Source: Spirochaetota bacterium
GTDB lineage: Bacteria; Spirochaetota; UBA4802; UBA5550
DNA length: 64,000 nucleotides
Direction of reading: 5' to 3'
Assembly (NCBI GenBank): GCA_963664815.2
Contig: CAXXHB010000003.1
Coordinates: 1,888,001-1,952,000 of the forward strand
The notes below the pieces were generated by a model. That model ran no database searches and was not told where the DNA came from. It worked only from the letters and a program-made list of their open reading frames with translations. The position numbers were made by a program, and so were the translations under genes. Below are positions 31,175-42,613 of the stretch, piece by piece. Each line of letters starts with the position of its first letter. Position 1 is the stretch's first letter.

Positions 31175-32875
31175 TCAGCATACTCTTAATACTTCCTCCA
31201 GTGTAGTTAGTCCTCTGGCTGCTTTTTGTACTCCATCTGTCAAAAGTGTGATCATTCCTTCTTTTATCGCCTGTTGCTTAATAGTGGAAGCATCAGCTCC
31301 GGACATCATCATTTTCCTGATGTTATCTGTTACTGTAAGCAGTTCAAATATACCTATCCTTCCGGTATATCCTGTATTAAGACATTTATCGCACCCTTTG
31401 CCCCTGTAAAGATTACCTTTATCAAGCGATGATTTTGTTATTTCTGCGCGATTTAATTCCTGCTGAGTCGGTTTGTACGGAGTTATACAATCCTGACAGA
31501 TCATTCTTACAAGGCGCTGCGCAAGAAAGGCATTTACGGATGAAGAGATAAGATATGGTTCAATTCCCATGTCAATAAGTCTTGTTATTCCTGAAGCAGC
31601 ATCGTTTGTATGGAGTGTAGAGAAAACACGATGCCCTGTTAATGCTGACTGAATGGCAATTTCAGCTGTTTCAAAATCACGGATTTCGCCAATCATTATT
31701 ATATCCGGATCCTGTCTTAGTATAGATCTGAGTCCTGAAGCAAAAGTAAGTCCAATTTTAGGTCTTATCTGCATCTGGCCGATTCCGGGAATCTGGTATT
31801 CTATCGGGTCTTCTACTGTGAGGATATTCACATCATCATGATTTAAACTTGTCAATACACCATATAGTGTTGTGCTTTTACCACTCCCGGTAGGTCCAGT
31901 TACAAGCACTATGCCATGAGTGAGATTTATAAGATTATTAAATCCCTGAAGAACATCTTTTGAAAAACCTATAGAGCTAAGTTCAAAATTCATATCAGAT
32001 TTGTTCAAAAGCCTTAATACGATTCTTTCACCATAATATGTCGGAAAAATTGATACCCTGATATCAATCTCTTTCCCTCTGATTTTTATCTGTATCCTCC
32101 CATCCTGTGGCATTCTGTTTTCAGCAATGTTCAGATTAGCCATAATTTTTATTCTGGAAATTATTGAATCCTGGTACTTCTTTGGAGGTGTGAACATCTT
32201 ATAGAGTATTCCATCAATTCTGAATCGTACAATCAGTTCCTTTTCATAGACTTCAAAATGAATATCACTTGCTCTCTCACTTACAGCCTGTCGTATAATT
32301 GTATTAACTAGTCTGATAATTGGTGCATCATTTGCCATATCCATTATATCAGAAGTTTCAGATGAAGTTCTTGAGAGAATTTCAAAATCAGATTCTTCAA
32401 GATTTTCAATTATTTCGTTTGTTGTGGCAGATTCTACAAGCTCATAGTGAGTATTGATTATCTTAAGTACTTCACTTGTAATTGTCATTACAATTTTAAA
32501 TGAATATCCTTTAAACAGCAGTTTTAAATCATCAAGCGGCTGTACATTAAGAGGGTCGGAAATTGCAATTTTTATAGTTCCTTTACCTGAACTGAATGGA
32601 GCAATTAAATTACATTTTAAAAAATTAACCGGAAGACCTTTAAAAATTGAGTCAGAATCATTGTATTCAATATGAGCTTTAAACTCAATGCCATTCTGTA
32701 AGGCTAGCGATTCAAGGAGGTCAGCTTCCGAAAGATGTCCTTTTTTGATTAATAATTCACCAATCTTTAGTTCTGAATTCTGCTGAAGAAGTAATGCTTC
32801 CTGAAGGTTTTCAGGCGAAATTTTACCTTTTTCAATAAGTATTTTTCCAACTGGCCTATTTTTCATTACTGACAT
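31175..32875 (-). CDS. gspE: Type II secretion ATPase E
   Basis: Walker A GPTGSGKSTT, TVEDPIEY, LRQDPD, GEIRD, STLHTN and tetracysteine motif. Confidence 0.96.
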   Translation of the reverse strand: MSVMKNRPVGKILIEKGKISPENLQEALLLQQNSELKIGELLIKKGHLSEADLLESLALQNGIEFKAHIEYNDSDSIFKGLPVNFLKCNLIAPFSSGKGTIKIAISDPLNVQPLDDLKLLFKGYSFKIVMTITSEVLKIINTHYELVESATTNEIIENLEESDFEILSRTSSETSDIMDMANDAPIIRLVNTIIRQAVSERASDIHFEVYEKELIVRFRIDGILYKMFTPPKKYQDSIISRIKIMANLNIAENRMPQDGRIQIKIRGKEIDIRVSIFPTYYGERIVLRLLNKSDMNFELSSIGFSKDVLQGFNNLINLTHGIVLVTGPTGSGKSTTLYGVLTSLNHDDVNILTVEDPIEYQIPGIGQMQIRPKIGLTFASGLRSILRQDPDIIMIGEIRDFETAEIAIQSALTGHRVFSTLHTNDAASGITRLIDMGIEPYLISSSVNAFLAQRLVRMICQDCITPYKPTQQELNRAEITKSSLDKGNLYRGKGCDKCLNTGYTGRIGIFELLTVTDNIRKMMMSGADASTIKQQAIKEGMITLLTDGVQKAARGLTTLEEVLRVC

Positions 32876-32882
32876 ATAATTA

Positions 32883-34679
32883 TTATTTTTTACTGTTATT
32901 CTGAATCTTTTGAAAATCCTTCTGTTTCTCTTCAGTGATTTTCTTTATCTTGGCCGGATCTGTGACAACCCTTGGTGTAATAAAAACAAGAAGATTTGTC
33001 TTTGAGGTTTCTTTGGATTTATTTTTAAATAACCATCCCAATAACGGGATATCTCCCAGCAGCGGAACTTTGGTTTCTGTATCTGTAACAGAATTTCTCA
33101 TAAGTCCGCCAACTACTATAGTAGCTCCATCTTTAATAGAAATTTTTGTTTTAATATCACGTTTTGCAAGATCAGGAGGAATAACTGTATTAGTAGTAGT
33201 TGTTGTTGTTGTTCCAAGAACAGAATTTACTTCAACAAATAGTTCGAGAGTTATTTTTTCTCCTGTAGTGATATGAGGAGTGAGCTTAAGTTTTAATCCC
33301 ACCGGTTTATACTCATATGTATAATAAATATTATTGTTTGTATCCACTCGACTATTGGTTGGAATTGCAATCTCTTCACCAACATTAATTTCAGCTTCAT
33401 GATTATCTATTGTTAAAATATGAGGAGTTGAAAGAATATTTATATTTTTATCCTGACCTGTTGCATTAATTAATGCAAAACCGAGTATTGACGAATCGCT
33501 TAAATAACCGAGAGTCATTGTTTGTGCTTTCAAAGGTACTGCAACCGTTTTATCTGTAATCCCGGTTGGGAGTGAATAGCTTGGAACACTTCCCATAATT
33601 GAGGAACCTCCAAAGATATGTGAACCGGTCTGTCCCCCCAGTGTCCAATCTACACCGAATCCCCAGTTTGATTCAACATCAACCTCAACGATCAACGCTT
33701 CAATAAGTATTTGCGGTCTGACGGTATCAAGCTGTTTTATTACCCTGAAAATTTCTTTAAACTCCGGTCCTGAAGCATTAATAATCAGAGAATTAGTTTC
33801 TTTATTTGCAATTATTGAAAGTTTCGCTGGTTGATTTTTAGGTTGATTAGGCTGGGCTGCACCTTTATTCTTATTTTCTATATCAGGTACTTGAACAGTT
33901 TGAACAGGATTTGTATTAATTACAGCATATTGTGAAAATGGTATTCTTGATAATACTTCAGCAAGGTTTGTGGCATCTGCATTTTCCAGGTGTACAACAT
34001 GTATAAAATCATCTTCATTTTCCTTTTCAATAGCTACATCACCTGTCTTTGATGGATTTTTATCCAGTGACTGGGCAATTTTTACAAGTCCTCTTATGTC
34101 TGTTGAATTCCCGCTGAAAATAATAATATTGAGTGTTTTGTAAACTATTATATCAGTATCAGCAGTTTTTAATGATTTTAAAACATTTGAAACATCATTG
34201 GCATCAGCATTAATGAGTTCCAAAAGAAATGTCACAGTATCTTCTTTATTCAATTTAATCTTATCACCGTCAAGTATAACTTCAACATTTTTTTGAACAG
34301 CTTCTTTTATCGGAACTACTTTTATCAAGTTGGTTGTTTCAATTACTGCAAATCCTTTTATTTCAAGGATAGATTTCATAAGATCGTATGCCTCAGTAAT
34401 CGGAACTTTTTTTGCTGAATTTATTGTAATTTTTCCTTTAACCTTATCGCTAAGAATAATATTTTTTCCAAGAACCTGGCTCATTACATTTAAAAATTCA
34501 GATATTTCGACATCATTAAAATTCAGAGAAAAACTATCTTCTTTTAAATTTTCCTTTACTTTTTCTTTTGATTTTTTTGCAGCCCATAAATAATTATAGT
34601 TATAATCTACTGACACAGTAAATATAAGGATAAACGCCATTGTTAAATGGATTGGGATCTTTAAATATTTTTTATTCAT
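32883..34679 (-). CDS. gspD: Type II secretion secretin D
   Basis: N0 domain, QILIEALIVEV, STPHILT, VGGL and KVPLLGDIPLLGWLF motifs. Confidence 0.95.
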   Translation of the reverse strand: MNKKYLKIPIHLTMAFILIFTVSVDYNYNYLWAAKKSKEKVKENLKEDSFSLNFNDVEISEFLNVMSQVLGKNIILSDKVKGKITINSAKKVPITEAYDLMKSILEIKGFAVIETTNLIKVVPIKEAVQKNVEVILDGDKIKLNKEDTVTFLLELINADANDVSNVLKSLKTADTDIIVYKTLNIIIFSGNSTDIRGLVKIAQSLDKNPSKTGDVAIEKENEDDFIHVVHLENADATNLAEVLSRIPFSQYAVINTNPVQTVQVPDIENKNKGAAQPNQPKNQPAKLSIIANKETNSLIINASGPEFKEIFRVIKQLDTVRPQILIEALIVEVDVESNWGFGVDWTLGGQTGSHIFGGSSIMGSVPSYSLPTGITDKTVAVPLKAQTMTLGYLSDSSILGFALINATGQDKNINILSTPHILTIDNHEAEINVGEEIAIPTNSRVDTNNNIYYTYEYKPVGLKLKLTPHITTGEKITLELFVEVNSVLGTTTTTTTNTVIPPDLAKRDIKTKISIKDGATIVVGGLMRNSVTDTETKVPLLGDIPLLGWLFKNKSKETSKTNLLVFITPRVVTDPAKIKKITEEKQKDFQKIQNNSKK

Positions 34680-34694
34680 AAGAAAAATATCCTG

Positions 34695-35525
34695 TCAGTC
34701 TGTAATATTCAATTCAAATGTAATAATCTGTTCGTTCCTTTGAACATCAATTACCATCTTTGATTCATTTTTCATACCCTGCCACATGTTAAACAATTTT
34801 TCTGTGCTATCAATTTTTTTACCATTAATTCTCTTGATTATATCACCACTTCTTATTCCGTATTCATAGAGTATATTATATGGTCTTATCCTGATTATTT
34901 TAAATCCTTCAATCTGATCATTCTCCCGATGAGGACCTGCCTGAATTCCCTGCATGGCATTGTCAATATTATTCATAACCTTCTGCTGCATTTCAGATCT
35001 GCTTATACTTTTCTTTACAACTCCGCCACCTGTTTCAGCGGTACCTCCGCTGTCAGATGTAGCAAAATCTTTTTTTTCAAATAGATCTAAAACATATTTT
35101 TCACTATTTTTTTTGAGATATATTTTGGAAGAATCAATTCCTGTAATGGAAAAACCATAAACGTCATTCAAGATTTTAAAGACTTTAGGCTGCTTTTCAC
35201 CTTTTTTCATGATTAGGGCTCGCGCTATTCCGGGAGGGCCTGTAACAGTACCAATAAGCTTCAGATCGCTTAATGCTGAAGATAAATCCTCTTTCATCTC
35301 TGAAACATTTGATGAAGCTGTTCTGAAAAATCCTGATTCGATTATCTGATTAATATCAATATTCATGTTTTCTTTTTGGATCTGCTTTGATATTTTAATT
35401 CTGTTTTTTTCAGAGGGATACACTGCAAGATTATTTCTTATAATTCCATTAATTGTAACTGCTAAAATATATGAGAAAAGTATTACTGATGCTAATGAAA
35501 TAGCATGAAATTTAATATTCTGCAT
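34695..35525 (-). CDS. gspC: Type II secretion protein C (HR + PDZ domains)
   Basis: TM, LKLIGTV HR domain and PDZ domain (GFKI..., GDIIKRING); first gene of the operon. Confidence 0.88.
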   Translation of the reverse strand: MQNIKFHAISLASVILFSYILAVTINGIIRNNLAVYPSEKNRIKISKQIQKENMNIDINQIIESGFFRTASSNVSEMKEDLSSALSDLKLIGTVTGPPGIARALIMKKGEKQPKVFKILNDVYGFSITGIDSSKIYLKKNSEKYVLDLFEKKDFATSDSGGTAETGGGVVKKSISRSEMQQKVMNNIDNAMQGIQAGPHRENDQIEGFKIIRIRPYNILYEYGIRSGDIIKRINGKKIDSTEKLFNMWQGMKNESKMVIDVQRNEQIITFELNITD

Positions 35526-35765
35526 TTTTTCTTCAGGTTTTTCTGATTAATTTAATATTATTATCTTTGTAGTAAACATAGTATCATTCATTCTAAAAAC
35601 ATAAGTCAAGTAATTATTGAAACATATTTTTCAAAAAATTTTTATAATAAGAATAACCGAAAAATAAAAAATATTCTCATTGAACTATTTCTTGTAATAA
35701 TTCACGTAATAAAGATAATTAAAATGCAAAATTATAAAAATTAATCTCAGTATTATTAATACGAG

Positions 35766-36089
35766 TCATACAATAAATGTTTCGGATTTCACCGCCATTG
35801 TACCTTTCTTTACCCATATACGTATCTTGTATGTGCTTTTATTATCACCGGATGTTACAGTCCCAATTTCTTCAATAGCGATTATTGTATCCAGATGGAA
35901 TTCATAAAACTTTTTATCCTCTTCAAACGGATTTGTTATTAGTATCAGAATGTTTTCATTAGTTGGGTGTCTTTTAGGGGAGCCTTCAAATGGATGGAAC
36001 TCATCTCTGTAATTTATATTCCTTAATTTATCTATATTATAGTTTTTTGAAATCCCCAGAAGCTTTTGTACATAATTTTTTTCATCCAT
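35766..36089 (-). CDS. Conserved hypothetical protein
   Basis: Compact ORF with FEGSP.RHP, FYEF and RIWVKKG segments. ATG 36089 has a GGAG RBS. Confidence 0.6.
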   Translation of the reverse strand: MDEKNYVQKLLGISKNYNIDKLRNINYRDEFHPFEGSPKRHPTNENILILITNPFEEDKKFYEFHLDTIIAIEEIGTVTSGDNKSTYKIRIWVKKGTMAVKSETFIV

Positions 36090-36236
36090 AATTTTGTCTC
36101 CTATAACAGCTCTGTATATCATTATTCAAAATAAAATAAAAATTTAAGTGCTTGACGCAATTTAAGATGATATTTAACTAACTAACTAAGTGAGTATAAA
36201 TAATTTAATAAAATGATTGAGTAAATAAGAATTTCT

Positions 36237-38483
36237 ATGAACCAGAATAAAAAATTTATTATTTCGCTCGGTGTAATTTTCTCGGTTATGCTCTTAAGTT
36301 TCAGTATACTGAAAATATCAATTAATATTTTATATCCGGTAAATGAACTTTCCAATTCTTTAAAAGATACTTTCAAAGATATCTTTGGTAAAGCCATTAA
36401 ATTCGATTCTCTCCATTTTAAATATAATGGTGATATAGTACTTCAGAATTTTTATCTCTCGAATACTAATGATTTTAATGACAATATAAATTTAATAAAA
36501 TGCCGGGAAATAACAATTGATACATACTTATTAGATTTAATCCGAAAAAAAGTTACATTTTCCGGCGTTTATATGTCTGAACCCGAAATAACTATAATTA
36601 AAAATTACGGGAAAACATATAATGAAACATTTATTGAAGAATTAATTAATGGAATAAATGAGAATAAAATTAAACAGTTTATTACTGAAGGTTTTCGTTT
36701 CGAATTAACTGATTCAAGTTTAGCATTCAGAGAAACTCTGAAAAACTCTAAATCTGAGTTAGATTTATATAATCTGGATTTGATGATAAAATATAAAAGT
36801 GACTATATTACATACAGATCATATGGTACAATTCAGGATAGAATAAATAATAGCTGGTTTAAGAAAAGCAGATATAGGGTAAAGGGAAAAATATTTTTAA
36901 ATAAAGATCATTCAGAATCGGATATCGAACTTGAAAATTTTGATTTGTCTCACTTGAATAATTTACTGAATGACAGATTGACAACACGGACATTAATGGC
37001 AGGTACATTTTCGGGTGAACTGAAATTGATAAATGAAAATGATGTCATAAAATGCAAAGGGAGCACTGATACATCTTCTCTTAATATATTATATTACGAA
37101 AATGACACACCATTTCCTTTCATAAAAGATGAAGATTTCGAGACTGAATTCAGTTTTAATATTTCCAGAAATTGTGAAAGATTAACAGTGGATAAGCTAG
37201 TAATAGATGATGATATTGTTGAGTTATCAACATCTGTAGATTTTCTTAAAAATGATTTTATATCCTTTCAAATTAAATCCAATATAATAAATCTCGATGA
37301 ATTATCTGAAAAATTTTTTATTTTTAAAAATTGCAGATATGGCGGTAAATTATCTGTTAATGGAATATGTAAATATAAGCTGAACGAAAATAAACCTGAA
37401 AATATAAACCTTGATATGATACTGGATAAGTTTAGTCTTGTTTCTTTAAAACAATCTCCTGATGAATTTAAAAATATCAAAGATGCTAATATTTTATTAT
37501 CTGCAAATAATGATAAAATTGCAATTACTACAAATTTAAAGACCGGAAATTCAGATTTCAATGTTTCATTGAACAGTGCAATATCATGCTGGAATCCAAT
37601 TAAAACAACAAACACAATTGAGATAGTATCTAAAAAGATTGAACTTGATCTGTTAAGAGAATTATTTACTGACACAATTAAAAAAGTTTATAGTTTAGCA
37701 TATGTTGATATGTTCCAGAATTTTGACGAGCAAAGAAATTTCCTGAAAGAACCCGAAGGAATATTTATAAATAATAATGACATATCTCTCAAACTTTTCT
37801 CCGAAAAACTAATCATCTCAGGCAAATCATACCTTGATAATTTAAATATAGATATTTCTCTTCTGAAAGGGACATTAAAAACAAATAGTTTCTCATTATC
37901 AGGATATAACGGTACATATAGTTTTGATCTTTTTTCATCTTTAAAACAGGAATACCCCTTTTTCAAGTTTAACTTCAAAGTAGATAAACTCGATCTAAGC
38001 CAGATATCTAATAATGCAGGGCTTGATTATTCTTTAGGAGGAATTTTATCATTAAATTTAAGCTTTGAAACAAGTGCCTACCGGATAGGACAAGTTATTG
38101 AAAACGGTAAGGCTGTTTTTGATGTTTCCATTAAAGACGGTTACATTAATAATATGCCGATACAACGTAAGCTAAATGAATTTATGAGTCAAAATAATTA
38201 TAAGAATATTTTTAATAAAAGGATGGATTTTACAAATTTTTCAGTAGGTTTTATGCAATCAGCAAACACATTTTTTATCCGAAATTTAAATTTTAACTCT
38301 AATATTATTAATTTTACTGCATATGGAAATTTTACGGAGGAAGAAGGATTAAAAGTTCCGCTTAATCTGAATATAATTAAAGATAATAATATAGAAAGGG
38401 TGCCTCTTGAAATAACCGGTAGTTTTGAGGCACCCTGTATAAATCTTAAAATAAAAAATAAATCTGAATCAGTATGTTTTTAA
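36237..38483 (+). CDS. AsmA-like envelope protein
   Basis: N-terminal TM, long beta-rich body, and C-terminal VPLEITGSFEAP typical of the AsmA C-terminus. Confidence 0.65.
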   Translation: MNQNKKFIISLGVIFSVMLLSFSILKISINILYPVNELSNSLKDTFKDIFGKAIKFDSLHFKYNGDIVLQNFYLSNTNDFNDNINLIKCREITIDTYLLDLIRKKVTFSGVYMSEPEITIIKNYGKTYNETFIEELINGINENKIKQFITEGFRFELTDSSLAFRETLKNSKSELDLYNLDLMIKYKSDYITYRSYGTIQDRINNSWFKKSRYRVKGKIFLNKDHSESDIELENFDLSHLNNLLNDRLTTRTLMAGTFSGELKLINENDVIKCKGSTDTSSLNILYYENDTPFPFIKDEDFETEFSFNISRNCERLTVDKLVIDDDIVELSTSVDFLKNDFISFQIKSNIINLDELSEKFFIFKNCRYGGKLSVNGICKYKLNENKPENINLDMILDKFSLVSLKQSPDEFKNIKDANILLSANNDKIAITTNLKTGNSDFNVSLNSAISCWNPIKTTNTIEIVSKKIELDLLRELFTDTIKKVYSLAYVDMFQNFDEQRNFLKEPEGIFINNNDISLKLFSEKLIISGKSYLDNLNIDISLLKGTLKTNSFSLSGYNGTYSFDLFSSLKQEYPFFKFNFKVDKLDLSQISNNAGLDYSLGGILSLNLSFETSAYRIGQVIENGKAVFDVSIKDGYINNMPIQRKLNEFMSQNNYKNIFNKRMDFTNFSVGFMQSANTFFIRNLNFNSNIINFTAYGNFTEEEGLKVPLNLNIIKDNNIERVPLEITGSFEAPCINLKIKNKSESVCF

Positions 38484-40765
38484 TCTTTAATAGCCATTAA
38501 TTCATATATTTTTACTGGCAATGCTTTTCCTTTAACACGGATTAAATCAAGTTCACGCACAATGACCTGGTCCCTGACATATTGATAAGTAAATTCACTG
38601 ATAATAATGTGTGTTTTATAAAACTTGTTAGTTCCTTCAAGCCTTGAACCGAGATTTACATTATCACCCATGAGGGTATAATCCATTCTCGCTGCTGATC
38701 CCATATTACCAACAATCATATCTCCAGTATTTATACCAATTCCTATTTCCAGTATTGGTTTATTTTCGATTTCCCACTTTTTATTCATTTCTTTCAAAGC
38801 ATCCATCATTTCTATTGATGCTTTACATGCATTAAGTGCATGATCTTCCATTTCTATTGGAGCTCCCCAGAATGCCATTACTGCATCGCCAATATATTTA
38901 TCAAGCGTTCCATAATACTTTATAATAATATCAGTCATGGACTGAAGATAAATATTGAGATGTTCAACAAGCTCTTCCGGAGTAAGTCTTTCAGATATAG
39001 ATGTAAAACCTCTGATATCAGAGAAAAGAACAGTGAGTATTTTTTTATCTCCACCAAGCTTTATCTTACTCGGATCCTTTAGAAGTTCGTCAACAACTGA
39101 TTTTGAAACAAATTTAGAGAATGTCTGTCTTATATATTTCTTTTCCTGTTGTTCATTAACAACCCTATATGTTACCAGCATGGAATAGGTAATAGCTGTT
39201 TGTATAACAGGTGTGGCCAAAGCTGTTATAATACTGAAATAATCGAAAAGAATATATGACAAAACAGAATATGCCAGTAAAAAAACGACTGTGGTAACCA
39301 GTGATGGTCCTATTGACATTTTTGGAGTTATAAAACCAACAAGGAGTGCTATAAAAAGCATTATTAAGATATTCTGCAGATCAGAAAGTTTAAAAAGGAA
39401 ATCCTGGTTTAAAATTGTATTCAGGGCATTTGCATGATGCTCAATCCCGAAAGTAGCTCCATATGGCGATTTGTGTTCGTCTGTTGCTACACCAGCTACT
39501 GCATAGGCTGCAATAAGAAGAATTTTATTTGTTAAAGAGGTGTTACCCTCCATTGTCCCGTCATTGGCAAAGAGATAATAAGGATAATGTTGAAAGCTTC
39601 CAGAACCTCCGATATAATTAACGTCCATAAAACCAAATCCATCAATTGGAATAAGGACTTCTCTTTTCTCATTGGGTTTTGCCATTTTTTCTTTTGGAAG
39701 ATTTTTAAGTTTGATATATTCTCCCATTTTTATCTCTACATTTTCAGGCCCAATCCCATAATAACTCATTACAATAGAAAGGTCAATGTTTGGATAATAA
39801 GCACCTTTGTATTTTATAATGAGCGGCATTGTTCTGTTAATATTGTCTCTTCCGGCAAATACGTTTGCAAATCCAATACCTTTAGCGGCCTTGATGAGAT
39901 CAGGTGTTGGAGGTGAAACATCGGATACAATACTCCCGCTTCTGTCATTGGGATTTAGAGGGAATTTTACTTTATCAAGCAATTCCAATCTTTCCTTCTG
40001 ATCCGTAAATTTTACATCAACTTCATCAACATCAAACTTGTAATCAAGAAATGCTACACCGGATTCTTTAATGGCTTTTGCAAGCTCAGCTTCACCAGGT
40101 TTGTGGTCAAGAAACATGATATCATAGAGTATTGCGAGAGGTTTTCCTGAAGCTATATAGTTGGAAAGTTTTGCGTGAATTTTCCATGGAAATGGCCATT
40201 GTATCCCCTGATTTGAGAAGTCATTTATTGTTTCTTCATCAATCCCGATTATTACAATATCTTTTCTGGCTCTGGGATTAATTCTGTTCATTTTTACACC
40301 CTCTTCAAGTTTTACTGTTTTTTGAGAGGGATCCCTGATAAAATATCTGAAGTCAATCGAGCCCCATTCCATTCCTGAAAGAATTGTTGTCTGTGTGAAT
40401 AATACTACCATTAAAATAAAAACAGACATGGAAATGAACAAGCCAATAAGTTTTTCAGGGAGTTTTATAAAAAGAAAAATGAAAATTAAACCAAAAGGTC
40501 CGGTTAAAAAACCTATAATAAATAACAGGATCACATTTTTTTCATTTTTTAAAGCAATATATTTCCCCAGACAACCAAAATTAACCATTATAATCAAAGT
40601 AATTAATATAGTTAATATGCTTATTAAAAAAGAGTTACTTTGCGTTAAAGCAAGTATAATAAAAGATATTAAAAATGTATTTATAATCGATAAAAATATC
40701 ACATCTTTCTTTAGTCTCATCTTATTATCCAGTAATTTGTATTTGTTATTAATCTGATATATCAT
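38480..40765 (-). CDS. CHASE2-domain class III adenylate cyclase
   Basis: CHASE2 (IVIIGIDE, WPFPW, YDIMF, GIEHHANAL), 3 TMs, then FSDIRGFT, DKYIGD, GINTG and YTLMGDNVNLGSRLEG. Confidence 0.92.
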   Translation of the reverse strand: MIYQINNKYKLLDNKMRLKKDVIFLSIINTFLISFIILALTQSNSFLISILTILITLIIMVNFGCLGKYIALKNEKNVILLFIIGFLTGPFGLIFIFLFIKLPEKLIGLFISMSVFILMVVLFTQTTILSGMEWGSIDFRYFIRDPSQKTVKLEEGVKMNRINPRARKDIVIIGIDEETINDFSNQGIQWPFPWKIHAKLSNYIASGKPLAILYDIMFLDHKPGEAELAKAIKESGVAFLDYKFDVDEVDVKFTDQKERLELLDKVKFPLNPNDRSGSIVSDVSPPTPDLIKAAKGIGFANVFAGRDNINRTMPLIIKYKGAYYPNIDLSIVMSYYGIGPENVEIKMGEYIKLKNLPKEKMAKPNEKREVLIPIDGFGFMDVNYIGGSGSFQHYPYYLFANDGTMEGNTSLTNKILLIAAYAVAGVATDEHKSPYGATFGIEHHANALNTILNQDFLFKLSDLQNILIMLFIALLVGFITPKMSIGPSLVTTVVFLLAYSVLSYILFDYFSIITALATPVIQTAITYSMLVTYRVVNEQQEKKYIRQTFSKFVSKSVVDELLKDPSKIKLGGDKKILTVLFSDIRGFTSISERLTPEELVEHLNIYLQSMTDIIIKYYGTLDKYIGDAVMAFWGAPIEMEDHALNACKASIEMMDALKEMNKKWEIENKPILEIGIGINTGDMIVGNMGSAARMDYTLMGDNVNLGSRLEGTNKFYKTHIIISEFTYQYVRDQVIVRELDLIRVKGKALPVKIYELMAIKD

Positions 40766-40939
40766 AATTAATATTAGTCAAGATTTTTTTAACTAACTCT
40801 GAATTCCTAATATTAAAGCCTGATAAAAAGGCTGTTAAATATGATTGACAAAAAGTTGGATTTTTAAGGAATTTAATGTAAATTAAATCCTCCACAAATT
40901 AATTTCGCAAATATTTATTAAAACAATTATGAGGAATAA

Positions 40940-42610
40940 GTGAATATAAAAAATAAAATAAATAATATAATAATTAACTCGTTCGAAAAAGCTATTTCTG
41001 AAGGAAAACTTCCCGTTGCTGAATATCCTGTAATAAAAATTGAATATCCACGAGAGTCAAAGTTTGGAGATTATTCAACACCTATTGCTCTTGAATCAGC
41101 CAGAATTATTAAAAGATCACCAATGGAAATCGGTGAAATACTTAAAAACTATATTTGTAAAAATAATGATCTTATAGGGGAGGTATATCTTGCAAAACCT
41201 GGATTTATTAACATTTTCATTTCGCTCAATTATTTAAAAGAAAACATGCTGGATGTAATAAAACAAAGAGAAAGCTACGGGAGACAGATTAAAGATAATC
41301 CTCTAAGATATAATATTGAATTTGTATCGGCAAATCCGACAGGCCCCATGAATGTTGTATCTGCAAGGGCTGCTGCACTTGGAGATACAATCGCAAATCT
41401 GATTGAAACAAATGGTGATCTGGTTGATAGAGAATTTTATGTAAATGACTTTGGAAACCAGGTAAATCTTCTTGGTATTTCTGTTCTTGCGAGAATAAAA
41501 GAATTAAATAATGAACCGTTCCACTTCCCGGAAGATGGTTATCATGGAGAATATATCAAGGATATTGCCAGATGGATTATTGATAATTACTCAAGCGAGT
41601 TTAACGGATTTAAAGATGATGAAAGTAAAGCTGTTTTTGCCGCAAATAAAGCTATAGAGTTTAATACATCAAGTCAGAAAAAGGACCTCGCGGATTTCAA
41701 TGTTAATTTCAAAACATGGTTCAGAGAAAGTTCACTTCATGCAAAAGGTGAAGTAACAAAAGCTATGAAAAGGCTTGAACAGTATGATCACATATATGTC
41801 GAAGATGGTAAGAAAATATTCAGGTCAACAGTATTCGGAGATGACAAAGATCGTGTCGTTATAAGAGATGATGGGCGTCCTACTTACCTGATGGCAGATA
41901 TAGCATATCATAATGATAAACTTGAAAGAGGATATGATCGTTTAATTGATATATGGGGTCCGGATCATCATGGTTATATTGCAAGATTGTCAGGAGCTGT
42001 TCAGGCTTTGTGTGGAAGAAATGATATGTTCCGTGTACTGATATCGCAACAGGTAAACCTAATCATGGAAGGTGAAACAGTAAAAATGTCAAAAAGACTG
42101 GGTAATTTTTCGACAATGCGGGAGTTGATAGATGAGGTAGGTGTTGATGTTTCAAGGTTCTTTTTTATCATGAGATCTATGGACAGTCATCTTGACTTTG
42201 ATCTCGCTCTGGCAAAAAAGAATAGTTCGGAGAATCCTGTTTTTTATCTTCAATATGCGCATGCAAGAATTTGCTCAATATTTAAGGAAGCAGAAAGAAG
42301 AAACATCTCTCTCAACCCGGAGAAAGCCGATTTAGAAACACTTAGCAATAATGAAGCTGTAGTTATACTTAAACTTATAGCAAAATTTCCTGAAGAAATT
42401 TCTGATGCGGCAGAAACATATGAGCCTCATAAAATTTCTACTTTTCTGATGCGTCTGGCTCAATCTTATCATAGATTTTATGCAGAACACAGGGTTCTCT
42501 CCGAGGATGACATCAAGACTCAAACCAATCTGGCTCTTTGTGATGCAGTAAGAATTACTATAAAAAATGGTCTCCATATTCTTGGAGTATCTGCTCCTGA
42601 GAGTATGTAA
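40940..42610 (+). CDS. argS: Arginine--tRNA ligase
   Basis: FGDYST, EFVSANPTGP, YVNDFG, WGPDHHGY, KMSKR and YLQYAHARI motifs. GTG start. Confidence 0.97.
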   Translation: MNIKNKINNIIINSFEKAISEGKLPVAEYPVIKIEYPRESKFGDYSTPIALESARIIKRSPMEIGEILKNYICKNNDLIGEVYLAKPGFINIFISLNYLKENMLDVIKQRESYGRQIKDNPLRYNIEFVSANPTGPMNVVSARAAALGDTIANLIETNGDLVDREFYVNDFGNQVNLLGISVLARIKELNNEPFHFPEDGYHGEYIKDIARWIIDNYSSEFNGFKDDESKAVFAANKAIEFNTSSQKKDLADFNVNFKTWFRESSLHAKGEVTKAMKRLEQYDHIYVEDGKKIFRSTVFGDDKDRVVIRDDGRPTYLMADIAYHNDKLERGYDRLIDIWGPDHHGYIARLSGAVQALCGRNDMFRVLISQQVNLIMEGETVKMSKRLGNFSTMRELIDEVGVDVSRFFFIMRSMDSHLDFDLALAKKNSSENPVFYLQYAHARICSIFKEAERRNISLNPEKADLETLSNNEAVVILKLIAKFPEEISDAAETYEPHKISTFLMRLAQSYHRFYAEHRVLSEDDIKTQTNLALCDAVRITIKNGLHILGVSAPESM

Positions 42611-42613
42611 GAA

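Noticed and set aside
33185-33212. Short trinucleotide-like repeat in gspD
   Set aside because: It encodes a poly-Thr loop with mixed codons, not a phase-variable tract.
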